Shown piece after piece: positions 18,450-28,197 of a stretch of DNA of 64,000 bases. Source of the DNA: an uncultured Candidatus Saccharibacteria bacterium. Its GTDB lineage: Bacteria > Patescibacteriota > Minisyncoccia > Phycocordibacterales > SBAW01. Both the position numbers and the translations under genes were made by a program. The stretch covers positions 4,873-68,872 of the forward strand of contig CAZTNI010000002.1 in NCBI GenBank assembly GCA_964615415.1, written 5' to 3'. The notes below the pieces were generated by a model that was given only the letters and a program-made list of their open reading frames with translations, searched no databases and was not told the DNA's origin. How positions within the stretch are numbered: position 1 is the first letter of the stretch; every line of letters starts with the position of its first letter.

Positions 18450-19223
18450 ATGGGACAAAATATCCCTGACTACACGCTTGATCATCCGGAAGTGCAGGAG
18501 GCAAAAAAAGCGTATCAAAAAGCACATCCAGTTGTAAGTGCACAAGAAGGTATGTTTGAGCGCCTCTTTGCTCTTTTCAAGCAACACGCCTCATTTGTAG
18601 AAATAGCGAGGAAAGTGGGCACTTCCAGGCTCCATATTAGTAAAGCGTACGCATTTTTTCGTCCCTTCTGCGAAAATAAATCCCACCGGGAACGGCGTAG
18701 TTATACTGAAGCGCGAGTGCGAGCACAGAAACGCCTTACGGTTGAGAAAACAGGAGTACCTCCTTCCCCTCAGGTTAGACTCGTGATGAATAAAGCACGA
18801 GAACTTGGATACCGGGTGGATATGGTAGCTCATTATGTAGATAAGGAAGGGATGTGGATGCCGTATAAGCGCTTGCTGCGGATAAACTGGCGCATCTGCG
18901 CAGTGATGCGAGGGACTGGCTTTTTTTCAAATGGACACCCATCAGGACGTGCAGTCTTTCATGTTTCTCAGTCAGTGGTAGTAGGTGCTGAAGCAGTGAT
19001 CTTTCTTGTAGAGACGGAGGGTAAAAGGGCACGATTCTTTATAGTGCCGTCTAGCGTAGTTGCAGCAGCTTACTTTGAAGGAACAGATAGGACGCACACA
19101 ATCATCGCCTTTTCGTTAAAGAAAAGGAAGAGATGGGGAGGGCCATCCTCTCGAGTGGACTATCTCGAATATGAGGATCGGTGGGACGTGCTCGCTGATG
19201 ATATTAAAAAAGCTCAGGCCTAA
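18450..19223 (+). CDS. hypothetical protein with a possible HTH
   Basis: Good Shine-Dalgarno (AAAAGAGGTCACCA) before MGQNIPDY; helix-turn-helix-like FVEIARKVGTSRLHISKAY; no recognisable catalytic motif. Confidence 0.5.
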   Translation: MGQNIPDYTLDHPEVQEAKKAYQKAHPVVSAQEGMFERLFALFKQHASFVEIARKVGTSRLHISKAYAFFRPFCENKSHRERRSYTEARVRAQKRLTVEKTGVPPSPQVRLVMNKARELGYRVDMVAHYVDKEGMWMPYKRLLRINWRICAVMRGTGFFSNGHPSGRAVFHVSQSVVVGAEAVIFLVETEGKRARFFIVPSSVVAAAYFEGTDRTHTIIAFSLKKRKRWGGPSSRVDYLEYEDRWDVLADDIKKAQA

Positions 19224-19239
19224 GTCTGAGCTTTTCTTT

Positions 19240-20442
19240 TTACTTAATTTTTGGTCGGCGGAGGAAGGAAGGGACTGCGCTCCACTCATCATCGTCTTTC
19301 TCTTCCGGCTTCGGCTTCATTTCAGTATTCAAGAGAGGTTTTACGTCCTCTTTTTCCTTAATAACTGGAGCTGATGGCGCGTTGTAGATTTTACCTACTG
19401 GAGGGAGGTCGAGCTCCTGTTCTTTAGGAGCGCTAGACTCGCTGCGGCTGAAGTTAAAGAGCGGTGTGCCGCGTGGAGCAATGCCGGGTGCAGGGAAGCC
19501 AGTTGCAATAACGGTAACGCGGATCTCGTTCTTCTTGAGTTTTTCGTCGCGCACTGCGCCGAAGATGATCTTTGCGTTCGGGTCGACAGACTCGGTGATA
19601 ATTTTTGCAGCCTCGTGCACTTCAAGCATACCGAGGTCTTCGCCGCCAGCGATAGCAAACAAAACACCCTTTGCGCCATTAATTGAAAGTTCGATAAGTG
19701 GAGACGACACCGCAGCTTGTGCAGCAACCTGTGCGCGATTTTCGCCCGATGCAACACCGACACCCATGAGCGCGGTGCCTGCATTTTCCATAACTGCACG
19801 AATATCGGCAAAGTCGACGTTGATGATACCCGGGTTGGTGATGAGGTCAGAGATACCCTCGACTGCTTGCTTAAGCACATCGTCACACATAGCGAACGCT
19901 TGCTTAAGCGTAGTGTCTTTACCTACCGTTGCAAGGAGGCGATCGTTCGGGATGATGATCAGTGCGTCAACTTCTTTGCGAAGTTCTTCGAGGCCTTGTT
20001 CAGCAAGACGCATGCGCTGCGCACCTTCGAATGAAAATGGTTTCGTCACAACGCCGACTGTAAGCGCACCAAGTTCTTTTGCAGTTTTTGCAACAACAGG
20101 TGCAGCGCCAGTGCCGGTACCGCCGCCCATACCACACGCAACAAAGACCATGTCAGATCCTTTAAGAACCTGCTGGACTTCTTCTTTTGTTTCTTCGGCT
20201 GCGCGCTTGCCGATGTCTGGATTCATACCAGCGCCAAGGCCGCGCGTGAGGTTTTTACCAATATGAATTTTCTTTTTAGAGAGAGATTGATGGAGATCTT
20301 GTGCGTCAGTGTTAACGTTGATGAAGTCAACGCCGCGCATCTTTGACTCAACCATGTGGTTGACCACGTTCTTGCCAGATCCGCCTACTCCGACGACTCG
20401 TATACGTGCAAATGATTCAACTTCAGGCTGTATTTGCGGCAT
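19240..20442 (-). CDS. ftsZ: cell division GTPase FtsZ
   Basis: GVGGSGKNVVNHM, tubulin signature GGGTGTGAAPVVA, C-terminal conserved peptide DDDEWSAVPSFLRR. Confidence 0.95.
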   Translation of the reverse strand: MPQIQPEVESFARIRVVGVGGSGKNVVNHMVESKMRGVDFINVNTDAQDLHQSLSKKKIHIGKNLTRGLGAGMNPDIGKRAAEETKEEVQQVLKGSDMVFVACGMGGGTGTGAAPVVAKTAKELGALTVGVVTKPFSFEGAQRMRLAEQGLEELRKEVDALIIIPNDRLLATVGKDTTLKQAFAMCDDVLKQAVEGISDLITNPGIINVDFADIRAVMENAGTALMGVGVASGENRAQVAAQAAVSSPLIELSINGAKGVLFAIAGGEDLGMLEVHEAAKIITESVDPNAKIIFGAVRDEKLKKNEIRVTVIATGFPAPGIAPRGTPLFNFSRSESSAPKEQELDLPPVGKIYNAPSAPVIKEKEDVKPLLNTEMKPKPEEKDDDEWSAVPSFLRRPKIK

Positions 20443-20522
20443 AGTGACTCGCAGTATACCACTTACACAGGGAATGCAAACCCCTACACTCAAAAACCTA
20501 TGTTTGACAACATTTTTTCCCT

Positions 20523-21701
20523 TTAGGGAAGAAACTTTTTAAACCAGCGCCAGAGGGCTTTCGGTAGCTCGCCGAGAGAACTTTCTTCTTGTGGTTCAAA
20601 GTCGCCCCCTTGGTTGAGTCCCCAGATGGTGAGACCATATGCAACAGCCCATGAACCATCTTTTAATTGCATTTTAGAGCCAGGCCCTTCTTCAATAGAG
20701 GCGGTGCGAGAAGGAAGGTGCAGTACTGCTTTTGCTAAATCTGCCATGGTCTGCACGGAGGATCCTCCACCCGTTAAAATAATGCCGCCGGGGAGGAGTT
20801 CGTTTTTACCGATCTTTTTTAGATGTGCCTCAACGAGTTTAAACATGTCCGACACGCGATGCGAAATAAGTTCGTCTATTTTTCGTTTTGGAAATGGTGC
20901 ACCAAGGACCGCGCCTTGTTTTAATTGTTCGGCTTCTTCGGGAGAAATGCGCAACCCGAGCGCGATGTCGTGTGTAATGTCAGACGATCCCATAGGAAAT
21001 ACTTTTACGGAAATCGGAATATCATCTTCAAACACGATAATCGAAAGAGTTTCTGAACCGATGTTTGCAAGGACACAGCCGACGCGCTTTTGCATTTTGC
21101 CGAGCGCGACAAAACTTGCTGCAAGCGGGGAGGCCACAACGTCTTCAACCTCGATTCCTGCTTCCTCGACAGCGCTGACCAGGTCGTGCACATGGCGCTC
21201 AAGCGCGGTGATGAATAACGTTTCAACAGAGAGGCGCATGCCTTTCATGCCGACAGGAGTTTTACCCATCACTCGCGACCCGTCGACTGCAAACCGCAAG
21301 GGAATCGTATGAATAATTTTTCGGTTAAGTGTTGCTGCTGGGGCGAGTGCGCCTTCGCTTGCTGCAATTGCGCGCGGCACATCGCGTCCCGTTATTTCAG
21401 AGTCACCCCGCTCGACAACTGTTTCTCCACGAGAAAAAGCCTCGTCGAGCCCTGCGCCGCCAACACCCACATACGCGCGTTTTACCTTAACCCCAGCGGC
21501 TTTAGAGGCCTGGTTCACCGCTGCAGCAATACTGCGTGCGACGTCTGGTGTGGAAATAATATAGCCGTGTTTGAGTCCGCGACTTTCTGCGTATCCAGTT
21601 CCTAAAATTTGAGGAGCTTCACGAGGGTTGCTTGGATGAGCGGCGATGACTACTTTGACTTGGTACGAGCCGACATCAATTCCTGTGACGATTTTTTGCA
21701 T
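20523..21701 (-). CDS. ftsA: cell division protein FtsA
   Basis: Actin/Hsp70-fold; MQKIVTGIDVGSYQVKVV N-terminus; gene order ftsA-ftsZ. Confidence 0.9.
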   Translation of the reverse strand: MQKIVTGIDVGSYQVKVVIAAHPSNPREAPQILGTGYAESRGLKHGYIISTPDVARSIAAAVNQASKAAGVKVKRAYVGVGGAGLDEAFSRGETVVERGDSEITGRDVPRAIAASEGALAPAATLNRKIIHTIPLRFAVDGSRVMGKTPVGMKGMRLSVETLFITALERHVHDLVSAVEEAGIEVEDVVASPLAASFVALGKMQKRVGCVLANIGSETLSIIVFEDDIPISVKVFPMGSSDITHDIALGLRISPEEAEQLKQGAVLGAPFPKRKIDELISHRVSDMFKLVEAHLKKIGKNELLPGGIILTGGGSSVQTMADLAKAVLHLPSRTASIEEGPGSKMQLKDGSWAVAYGLTIWGLNQGGDFEPQEESSLGELPKALWRWFKKFLP

Positions 21702-22054
21702 AGATTGAAACGCTTGAGCAACCGCTCTTCCGCGTCATCCATTGTATCACTATGTTCGTGGCCCTTTATATGGAGTAACCCGTGGATAAAGAGATATCCT
21801 ATCGTGTATTCGCCCTTCCCTGAGGGACAGATAATGATCTCTCCCACATGTGTAGAGAGGGGAAATGCGAGCACGTTCGATACTTTGTCTTTGTGCTTGG
21901 TTTGCTTTGTAATACTGCGCGATTCGGCTGCGGCAACGAATACTAAAGAGATTTCATGGCGCTTTCCAAGTACTGCCTCTTTGATGCGCTGAAAAGGCAC
22001 CGGAGGAATTTTAGTCCGGGTGCGATTAGTGATAGAGAATGAGTCGCCCGACAT
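21650..22054 (-). CDS. ybeY: rRNA maturation endoribonuclease YbeY
   Basis: HGLLHIKGHEHSD matches the H3xH5xH zinc motif. Confidence 0.8.
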   Translation of the reverse strand: MSGDSFSITNRTRTKIPPVPFQRIKEAVLGKRHEISLVFVAAAESRSITKQTKHKDKVSNVLAFPLSTHVGEIIICPSGKGEYTIGYLFIHGLLHIKGHEHSDTMDDAEERLLKRFNLCKKSSQELMSARTKSK

Positions 22055-22060
22055 TGCGTA

Positions 22061-22318
22061 TTAGCCGCGGCGTGGACCTCTGCCTGGAGTGCGTTCGAGC
22101 ATTTTGCCGAGCTTGATAAGCTCTGCAACCTCTTCGCGACGCTTGATAACCTTGAGTGTCTGCTTTTTGCGGACCTCGCGAGATTTAATGCGAGAGAAAT
22201 AGCGGCGGCCACGGACGCGCGGTACGATACCTGCTCCCTGGACACGCTTAGAAAAACGGCGGATCAAATTCACCGTCGTTTCGCCATCGTTTTTCTCTAC
22301 TTGTGCATTTACTGTCAT
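22061..22318 (-). CDS. rpsU: 30S ribosomal protein bS21
   Basis: Basic approximately 85-aa protein; IRRFSKRVQGAGIV...RRYFSRIKS aligns with the S21 RRFKR...GVL...R.FYEKP pattern. Confidence 0.7.
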   Translation of the reverse strand: MTVNAQVEKNDGETTVNLIRRFSKRVQGAGIVPRVRGRRYFSRIKSREVRKKQTLKVIKRREEVAELIKLGKMLERTPGRGPRRG

Positions 22319-22343
22319 GCCGGAAAATAATAGCACAAGGGGC

Positions 22344-23516
22344 TTATACTCGCAAGGTTTTGAGAAAACGGGGAATTTCCTTGAGTTGAACGGTTACTTG
22401 AGCGCTGTTTTTCATCGAGCGAACGATGACGGTACCGTCTAGGGCCTCGCGCTGGCCAATAATAAAGAGGTGGGACACCCCTTGGGCGTGCGCTTCGGCA
22501 AGCTGAGAAGAGAGTCGGCTTGCGTCAAACGACTGGAGCACTGGTACGTTTGCGGTGCGGAGCATGTCGAGGACAGAGAGGCCTTGGAGTTTCGCACGGG
22601 TGCCAAGCTGGGCAAAGTACACCTTCGGTTTGCGCGTGGTGACTTGGCAGGTGAATGACGACTGGGTAGCGCCCTTTTTACGGAAGAATACGCTTGCTGA
22701 GACACCGACACTGTTTTTAAAGCGATGTTCGCGCTTAAGGTATTCGTCATAGCGGCCCCCGAGCGAGCTGACAACCGTCGCATCTGCGCCATCCATGTCG
22801 ACAGCAAACGTAACGTGTTGTCCACGGTCGTCGCCCACCAAAGCGTCATCAAGTTCGTATGGGAGACCAAGGTTTTCCAAGTGCTCAAGGATCGAGCGGA
22901 AGTGCACGCGACTTTTTTCTGAAAGGAAATGCATCGGACGTGGACCTTCAAGTGCAATTTGACGGTGTGCTTCAATACCATCGCGGTAGAGGAGGAGCGG
23001 ATTTTGCAAAATGTCTCCGCGCTTCGTTTGGTCAAGACGGTCTGCGTGCTTGCGTACAAATAAAGCAATTTCGCGTTGGAAGCGCTGTTGTGAGTCTTTG
23101 TCGCCAAGTGCGTTAACCCGGATGCGCGACACGGGGAGGCCCCATTCTTCCATGATCATGGCAAGTGTTTTAAGGAGCACAATTTCTCCAACACTTTCAC
23201 TCGAGCCTATAACATGGAGGCCAAATTCCCCAACATCGCGTGGGTTGGTGTCTGCCAAGTAGGGCAGGTGGGTCGGAGACGGGGTCGCATAAAACGCCAA
23301 GACAGGCTCCTGGGGACGTAGCGACGCGTATGCGCTACAAAGTTGTGATGATGATTGGAATGTAAATGCTCCTCGTACTTTTTCAAACTGTGTGCTCGAG
23401 TTTCCCTGCTCGCGCAATGCCTTCTCTACTTCGCGCATGGGGCGGAAGCCGTAAAATGATGATACGTCTGCAGCGTGCTTAAGGAACGATGCTGGAGAGA
23501 CTCGTGCGGTTGCCAT
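22344..23516 (-). CDS. hisS: histidyl-tRNA synthetase family protein (divergent)
   Basis: Class II motif 3 GGRYD (SLGGRYDEYL) and a C-terminal anticodon-binding-like domain (SHLFIIGQREALDGTVIV); the N-terminal motifs are divergent. Confidence 0.55.
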   Translation of the reverse strand: MATARVSPASFLKHAADVSSFYGFRPMREVEKALREQGNSSTQFEKVRGAFTFQSSSQLCSAYASLRPQEPVLAFYATPSPTHLPYLADTNPRDVGEFGLHVIGSSESVGEIVLLKTLAMIMEEWGLPVSRIRVNALGDKDSQQRFQREIALFVRKHADRLDQTKRGDILQNPLLLYRDGIEAHRQIALEGPRPMHFLSEKSRVHFRSILEHLENLGLPYELDDALVGDDRGQHVTFAVDMDGADATVVSSLGGRYDEYLKREHRFKNSVGVSASVFFRKKGATQSSFTCQVTTRKPKVYFAQLGTRAKLQGLSVLDMLRTANVPVLQSFDASRLSSQLAEAHAQGVSHLFIIGQREALDGTVIVRSMKNSAQVTVQLKEIPRFLKTLRV

Positions 23517-23545
23517 ATATTGAGCGGATGTCTAAGAGCTAGTGG

Positions 23546-24235
23546 CTAAAAGGACTGAGGCGTGCTGCCGGGAAAAATTGAAAGAGTGGACAGCGGCAGG
23601 AGTCGCACTAAGGCTCGTCCTACAATATGGTCTCGAGGTAAGGGACCCCATACGCGAGAGTCAGAACTTTCGGGGCGGTTGTCGCCCATAACAAAGAATT
23701 CGTCTTGTCCGAGTGTGAGTTCTAGGTTGCCGCCGTTTCCTTCGTTTACGACGTATGATTCTTGCAGTGTCTCCCAGGTGGTGCTTTGTGCGCTGCGTAC
23801 ACTAACAATGCCGCCGGAAATGCGAACTGTTTCGCCTGGTGTGCCGATAATGCGCTTAATAAAGTACTGCGTTGGATCCTTTGGATATTTAAAGATAACA
23901 ACATCGCCGCGGTCTGGTTCTGTAACGCGGTAGGAAAGCTCATCTACAATCAAGTACTGGCCGTTTTCAAACGTTGGGTCCATTGATGCGCCGCTTACGA
24001 TAAACGGCTGGGCGATAAAAAGACGCACCGGAACAACAATAACAACCGCAATAAGAGCAAATTTAAGGAGTTCTGTGAAAAAATTCTCACTTTTCTCCTG
24101 TGGCATGCACATCATTGTATGCGACCCGCAAAACAATGCAAGCGGTTGATGCAACCACAAAGCACATAGTGCGAGAAAAATAGTCTGGCCCGAGAGGCTC
24201 CGAGCCGATACGGGAGAACCGAGGACTTTTTTCAC
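23546..24235 (-). CDS. lepB: signal peptidase I
   Basis: Catalytic Ser box SGASM, box E GDNRPESSDSRVWG. Confidence 0.85.
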   Translation of the reverse strand: MKKVLGSPVSARSLSGQTIFLALCALWLHQPLALFCGSHTMMCMPQEKSENFFTELLKFALIAVVIVVPVRLFIAQPFIVSGASMDPTFENGQYLIVDELSYRVTEPDRGDVVIFKYPKDPTQYFIKRIIGTPGETVRISGGIVSVRSAQSTTWETLQESYVVNEGNGGNLELTLGQDEFFVMGDNRPESSDSRVWGPLPRDHIVGRALVRLLPLSTLSIFPGSTPQSF

Positions 24236-24266
24236 GTACTATGTGCTTTGTGGTACTCTGTTGAGT

Positions 24267-24818
24267 ATGCAATGGGTACTAGCAGGCCTCGGAAACCCAG
24301 GTGAAGAGTATATTGGTACCCGCCATAACATTGGGCGCGACATATTGGGCGCTATTGTAGAGAAAGACGGAGAGAAAAATACTCTTTTTGGCAAGAAGGC
24401 TAAGGTTATTTTCCCCGACACCTACATGAACAACTCGGGGAAGGACATTAAGGCTGTGGTAAAGACGGTTAAAGCAGCTGAAGGTCTTATTGTGGTACAT
24501 GACGACGTCGACCTGCCGCTTGGGAGAGTAAAAATCTCTTTTGGTTCCGGTCCTGGAGGGCATAATGGCGTTAAGTCAGTGCAAGCCGCAGTGAAGACGA
24601 AAGACTTTACGCGTATTCGCGTAGGGATCTCTCCATCGACTCCTATGGGCAAGCTTAAAAAACCAGATGGTAGTGAACTCGCGGACTTTGTCTTAGGAAA
24701 ATTTAAACCAGCGGAACAAGAAACACTTAAAAAAGTCCGCAAAACGGTTGCCGATGCACTTGAACTCATTCTTACAGAAGGTAGAGAGCGTGCAATGACC
24801 GAAATAAATTCCAAATAA
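24267..24818 (+). CDS. pth: peptidyl-tRNA hydrolase
   Basis: WVLAGLGNPGEEYIGTRHNIG N-terminus and Pth-fold length. Confidence 0.9.
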   Translation: MQWVLAGLGNPGEEYIGTRHNIGRDILGAIVEKDGEKNTLFGKKAKVIFPDTYMNNSGKDIKAVVKTVKAAEGLIVVHDDVDLPLGRVKISFGSGPGGHNGVKSVQAAVKTKDFTRIRVGISPSTPMGKLKKPDGSELADFVLGKFKPAEQETLKKVRKTVADALELILTEGRERAMTEINSK

Positions 24819-24822
24819 AAAT

Positions 24823-24855
24823 AAAACAGCTCTTTAAGAGCTGTTTTATTTTCGG
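24823..24855 (+). terminator. rho-independent terminator
   Basis: AAAACAGCTC-tttaa-GAGCTGTTTT followed by ATTTTCGG. Confidence 0.7.
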
Positions 24856-24964
24856 GGCGGAGTAAAACAAGTTGAGCAGGGGCTCCGCAGGCGCGACGGC
24901 GCCGAGGCTGAGCAAATTTCTAGCAAGAAATTATGAGTACCCTGCGAGACTTCGTTTTACGGAG

Positions 24965-26080
24965 CTATTTCTTCTCTGGAGTTCCGTAGGTCAATGCCAT
25001 GCGCATGTCCTTCGGCTCGAAGAGGGAGATAGTAAACGGATAGCGCTTGCCGAGTTCGAGTGCCTGACGAAGTTTTTCCTCGCTGCCAAACTCTGAGACG
25101 TGTACCAAGCCCGCGATGCCTTCCTCGATAGAGGCGAGTGCGCCGTGCTTGTTGAACTTGATGACAACGCCTTCGACTTTGTCGCCCTTGTTGTAGCGCT
25201 TGCCAGCCTCGCTCCAAGGATTTTCCTTGAGTGCTTTGACTGAAAGCGACACTTTGCCGTCCTTGATGTCGATAATTTTTACCTTGACGCGGTCGCCAAC
25301 TTTAAAGAAGTGGCGTGGATCATCAACAAGACCCCAGTCGATTTCAGAAATGTGTACGAGACCCTCGAGACCTTCTTCAATCTTCACGAAGACGCCGAAG
25401 TCCACCATGCCGGTTACCTCGCCTTCAACAACATCGCCCACCTGGTATGCGGCGATAAGCTGCTTCTTCTCTTTGTCGTCAATACCTTTTTCAGAGAAGA
25501 TAAGTTTGCCTTCCTTTGGAGATGCGCCAATAAGCGACACTGCGAGTTTTTCGCCTACCAACTTGCGGAGTTCATCAAGGATCTTGTCCTTGTCGCCATC
25601 CATAACGCGTGGGTAGTGCTCGGCCTTAAGCTGAGATGCAGGGAGGAAGCCTGCGATACCCTGCCACTCCATAATGAGACCGCCCTTGTTTGCCTCCTTA
25701 ACAACGAGCTCGAAGATAGTCTTGTTTTTAACTGCCTCTTCTGCCTCTGCCCACATAAGAGCCTGGCGAGCTTCCTTGAGAGAAAGTTCGATGTAGCCTT
25801 CCTTGCTGGTCGTAGAGATAACCTTTGCAGCAATGCGGTCGCCAACGTTGGTGCGCTTAATAACCTCGCGGGCATTCAAGTACTCGCGACCGAAGATAAC
25901 GCCGGTACCAAACGGCGGAAGGTCGATGTAGAGGCGTGCGCGGTCGAGCGCAATAACTGGACCCTCGACAATGTCTCCTTCTTTCGGAGGAGTAGGGGCC
26001 TTCTCTGCATATCCATGCATGAGGGTAACAACAGAACCGTCTTCTTTCGCAATATCTGCGACAGATTTCATAGCTGACAT
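24965..26080 (-). CDS. rpsA: 30S ribosomal protein S1 (short, four S1 domains)
   Basis: Repeated S1 OB-fold modules (GDIVEGPV, GDRVKVKIIDI and similar); 371 aa. Confidence 0.9.
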   Translation of the reverse strand: MSAMKSVADIAKEDGSVVTLMHGYAEKAPTPPKEGDIVEGPVIALDRARLYIDLPPFGTGVIFGREYLNAREVIKRTNVGDRIAAKVISTTSKEGYIELSLKEARQALMWAEAEEAVKNKTIFELVVKEANKGGLIMEWQGIAGFLPASQLKAEHYPRVMDGDKDKILDELRKLVGEKLAVSLIGASPKEGKLIFSEKGIDDKEKKQLIAAYQVGDVVEGEVTGMVDFGVFVKIEEGLEGLVHISEIDWGLVDDPRHFFKVGDRVKVKIIDIKDGKVSLSVKALKENPWSEAGKRYNKGDKVEGVVIKFNKHGALASIEEGIAGLVHVSEFGSEEKLRQALELGKRYPFTISLFEPKDMRMALTYGTPEKK

Positions 26081-26214
26081 AAAATAATATTGATTTGTAC
26101 GATGGGTCCCTCAGGTCGAGGATTAATCCCATGCGCTTTACCTAATAATATCGAGTGAACCGATATTGCGAGCAAGAATAGCACAATTTTTAGCCTTTGC
26201 AAGGCAATAGAAAA

Positions 26215-26240
26215 GGCCGCCGCGATAGGTCGCGGCGGCC
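26215..26240 (-). terminator. rho-independent terminator (minus strand)
   Basis: GGCCGCCGCGA-tagg-TCGCGGCGGCC perfect 11-bp stem followed by TTTTCTATT on the minus strand. Confidence 0.65.
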
Positions 26241-26254
26241 TGTACTGAGTGTGG

Positions 26255-26631
26255 CTACGAGAGAGCCGGTCTGCCCCAAAGGGGAAGGTAGGAGGCCCCT
26301 CGGGAGAGAAAGGCACCGACGGAATGCAGGGCTCCCCGAAACCGATCGCCGAGTGAAGGCTGCACCAGCGCTTCGAGTTCGACGATGACGATATCGAGCA
26401 TGGGGCCGAGTTCCTTGTCGCCGGGACCGAAGTCGAGACGACCATCTTCGTTGATAGCGAAGAACGGTTCAGGAACGGGAATCACTTCTCCCCCGCGCTG
26501 GCGAGCAAACATACCCGCCTCGTTCGAGAAGAACTCCGTGGTGGAGTTCGGGTCGAGCTGGGACGCGGCCGCCGCTACGACAAAGCATGCGCAGCCAGGA
26601 CCACAGCCAACAAAGCTTCTCTGTTGCATGG
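26255..26631 (-). CDS. hypothetical protein (GC-rich island)
   Basis: Shine-Dalgarno GGAAG before ATG (MQQRSFVGCGPGCAC...); about 65% GC against a roughly 50% background. Confidence 0.4.
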
Positions 26632-26790
26632 AGCTTCCTTTCGTTGTGGGTACATCGTCCAACCAGGATGGGTGGGCATGGCTACTATACAACGATATAA
26701 GAAAAAGAAAATGCCCCCGTTTTGCTTTCACAAAACGGGGGACTTGGGGGAGCGTCAGCGTGGAAGGATGAGGGGAAAACCCCCTCGAGA

Positions 26791-27321
26791 TCAGGCAGCG
26801 ATACGCTGCCTGACGTTGTCGTTGGCGACAGTCAGCCTCTGGGCGCCGCCACCTCCGGGGCGGCGAGCCGTGCCGAAGCCGTGATCCACTTCGTGACGGC
26901 GAAGGCGGATCGTGCCACCGCGCCGGCCGAACCGAATCGTCGGGTCGTGCACGAGGGCGATGAGACCGTAGTCCGAGTCCTGGATAGGCACCGGGACGCG
27001 GTCGTTGTCGGCGCGGGCGAGGAGCATCGTGTAGAAGTCCTCGAACGGGTCGGCATCGAGCCGCGGCGGCGGTGTGGTCCAGTCATCGAGCGGATCCATC
27101 GGGATCGTGAGCGTGACCATGCCGGAGGCAGCGCCATTGCCGAAGGCGAGGTCCATCACCATGGCATCGAGAGGCGGGCCATGCAGGCCGACCATCACGA
27201 TTTCGAAGTCGGGGGTGATTCCGCCACCACCGCCAGGGTCTGCCGAAAGCGGACCGGCTGTGGCGTAGGGGCCGCAGACAGCCGCGACGGCGGCGCCTGC
27301 GAGAAGAAACGTGCGTTTCAT
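26791..27321 (-). CDS. secreted hypothetical protein (GC-rich island)
   Basis: Strong Shine-Dalgarno AAGGAGGAAGG; signal peptide MKRTFLLAGAAVAAVCG; Gly/Pro-rich. Confidence 0.55.
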   Translation of the reverse strand: MKRTFLLAGAAVAAVCGPYATAGPLSADPGGGGGITPDFEIVMVGLHGPPLDAMVMDLAFGNGAASGMVTLTIPMDPLDDWTTPPPRLDADPFEDFYTMLLARADNDRVPVPIQDSDYGLIALVHDPTIRFGRRGGTIRLRRHEVDHGFGTARRPGGGGAQRLTVANDNVRQRIAA

Positions 27322-27830
27322 TCCGCCTTCCTCCTTCTGTTGCTAAAGAGCAGTTACGCCTCCGAATATACTCCAGTTGCAAAAAAGCGCAATAAGGGGC
27401 GTGTGCATAAAAAAGCCCCTCATTTTGAGGGGCTTTGGTTTGGGAGCGGTCTGTTGGTACGAGCCCTATTTTGTTTTCTCTCTTGGTAGAGAAGAACACT
27501 CAAGGGTTGTTCGTCGCTAGACTCCTTTGCCTCGTCAGAGGCGGTTCGTCGATCGGCGTGCCGTTCGTGGCTACGCCGTCATGGATGAGAGGTCGGCGCC
27601 GGCGTCATACTACTGGAGGGTGAGCGTGCGCTTCATCGAGCACTCCTGTGGTTGGGCCCAAAAGGACAGTACTTCTTAACTATACACCCAACGGGTATGT
27701 TTGTCAAGCTCTACCAAGTGTGTTCTAAAAATGGCCTAAAATAAGGCTTTTTAAGCCTATTTGCGAGTGTATACAAAACGAGCCCCATCGGCGAATGTCG
27801 ATGGGGCAGTAGTGAAAAAGGTCGAGACGG

Positions 27831-28046
27831 CTAGTCGAACTGGCCGCCCAGCTGGTGCTGGTGTTCAGCCTGCTGTTGCTGCCGAGGCGTTGCCCAGTGT
27901 TCGCGCTGGTTAGGCTGCGGCCCAGCAACGTCGCCGTCGATGTGTACGGGTTCGTGTGCCGGTTTTGCCGCCGGTATGTCCGGCAACTTGTTGTGGGGAC
28001 TTTGGGGGACGCCGCTCTCGTGTAGCTTGTGATGACCGGAAACCAA
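27831..28046 (-). CDS. hypothetical low-complexity protein (TTG start)
   Basis: Shine-Dalgarno AGGGAGAG before TTG; followed by its own hairpin terminator (CCCCATCG...CGATGGGG plus T-run); GC-rich. Confidence 0.3.
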   Translation of the reverse strand: MVSGHHKLHESGVPQSPHNKLPDIPAAKPAHEPVHIDGDVAGPQPNQREHWATPRQQQQAEHQHQLGGQFD

Positions 28047-28197
28047 GAGACTCTCCCTATTTGTATGTGGTGGTAAGATCTTGTTCGTTCCGACAAGAAT
28101 AACTCGAGTCAGACAACCTATTTACTATAGTTTTCAAGCTACATTCAGTCAATCTGTGAGTGGTGGAAGACTCTAAAAGATGCTATAATGAAGGGGT

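Noticed and set aside
19466-20266. A 266-aa ORF on the + strand inside ftsZ
   Set aside because: It lies entirely antisense to a well-supported ftsZ gene. The Ser/Ala/Pro-rich translation is typical of a GC-skewed antisense frame.
20614-21312. A 232-aa + strand ORF inside ftsA
   Set aside because: It is antisense to ftsA, with no RBS or motif, so it is a spurious frame.
26722-27489. A 255-aa + strand ORF in the GC-rich islet
   Set aside because: It is antisense to the Shine-Dalgarno-supported secreted-protein gene. High GC inflates open frames, and there is no RBS.
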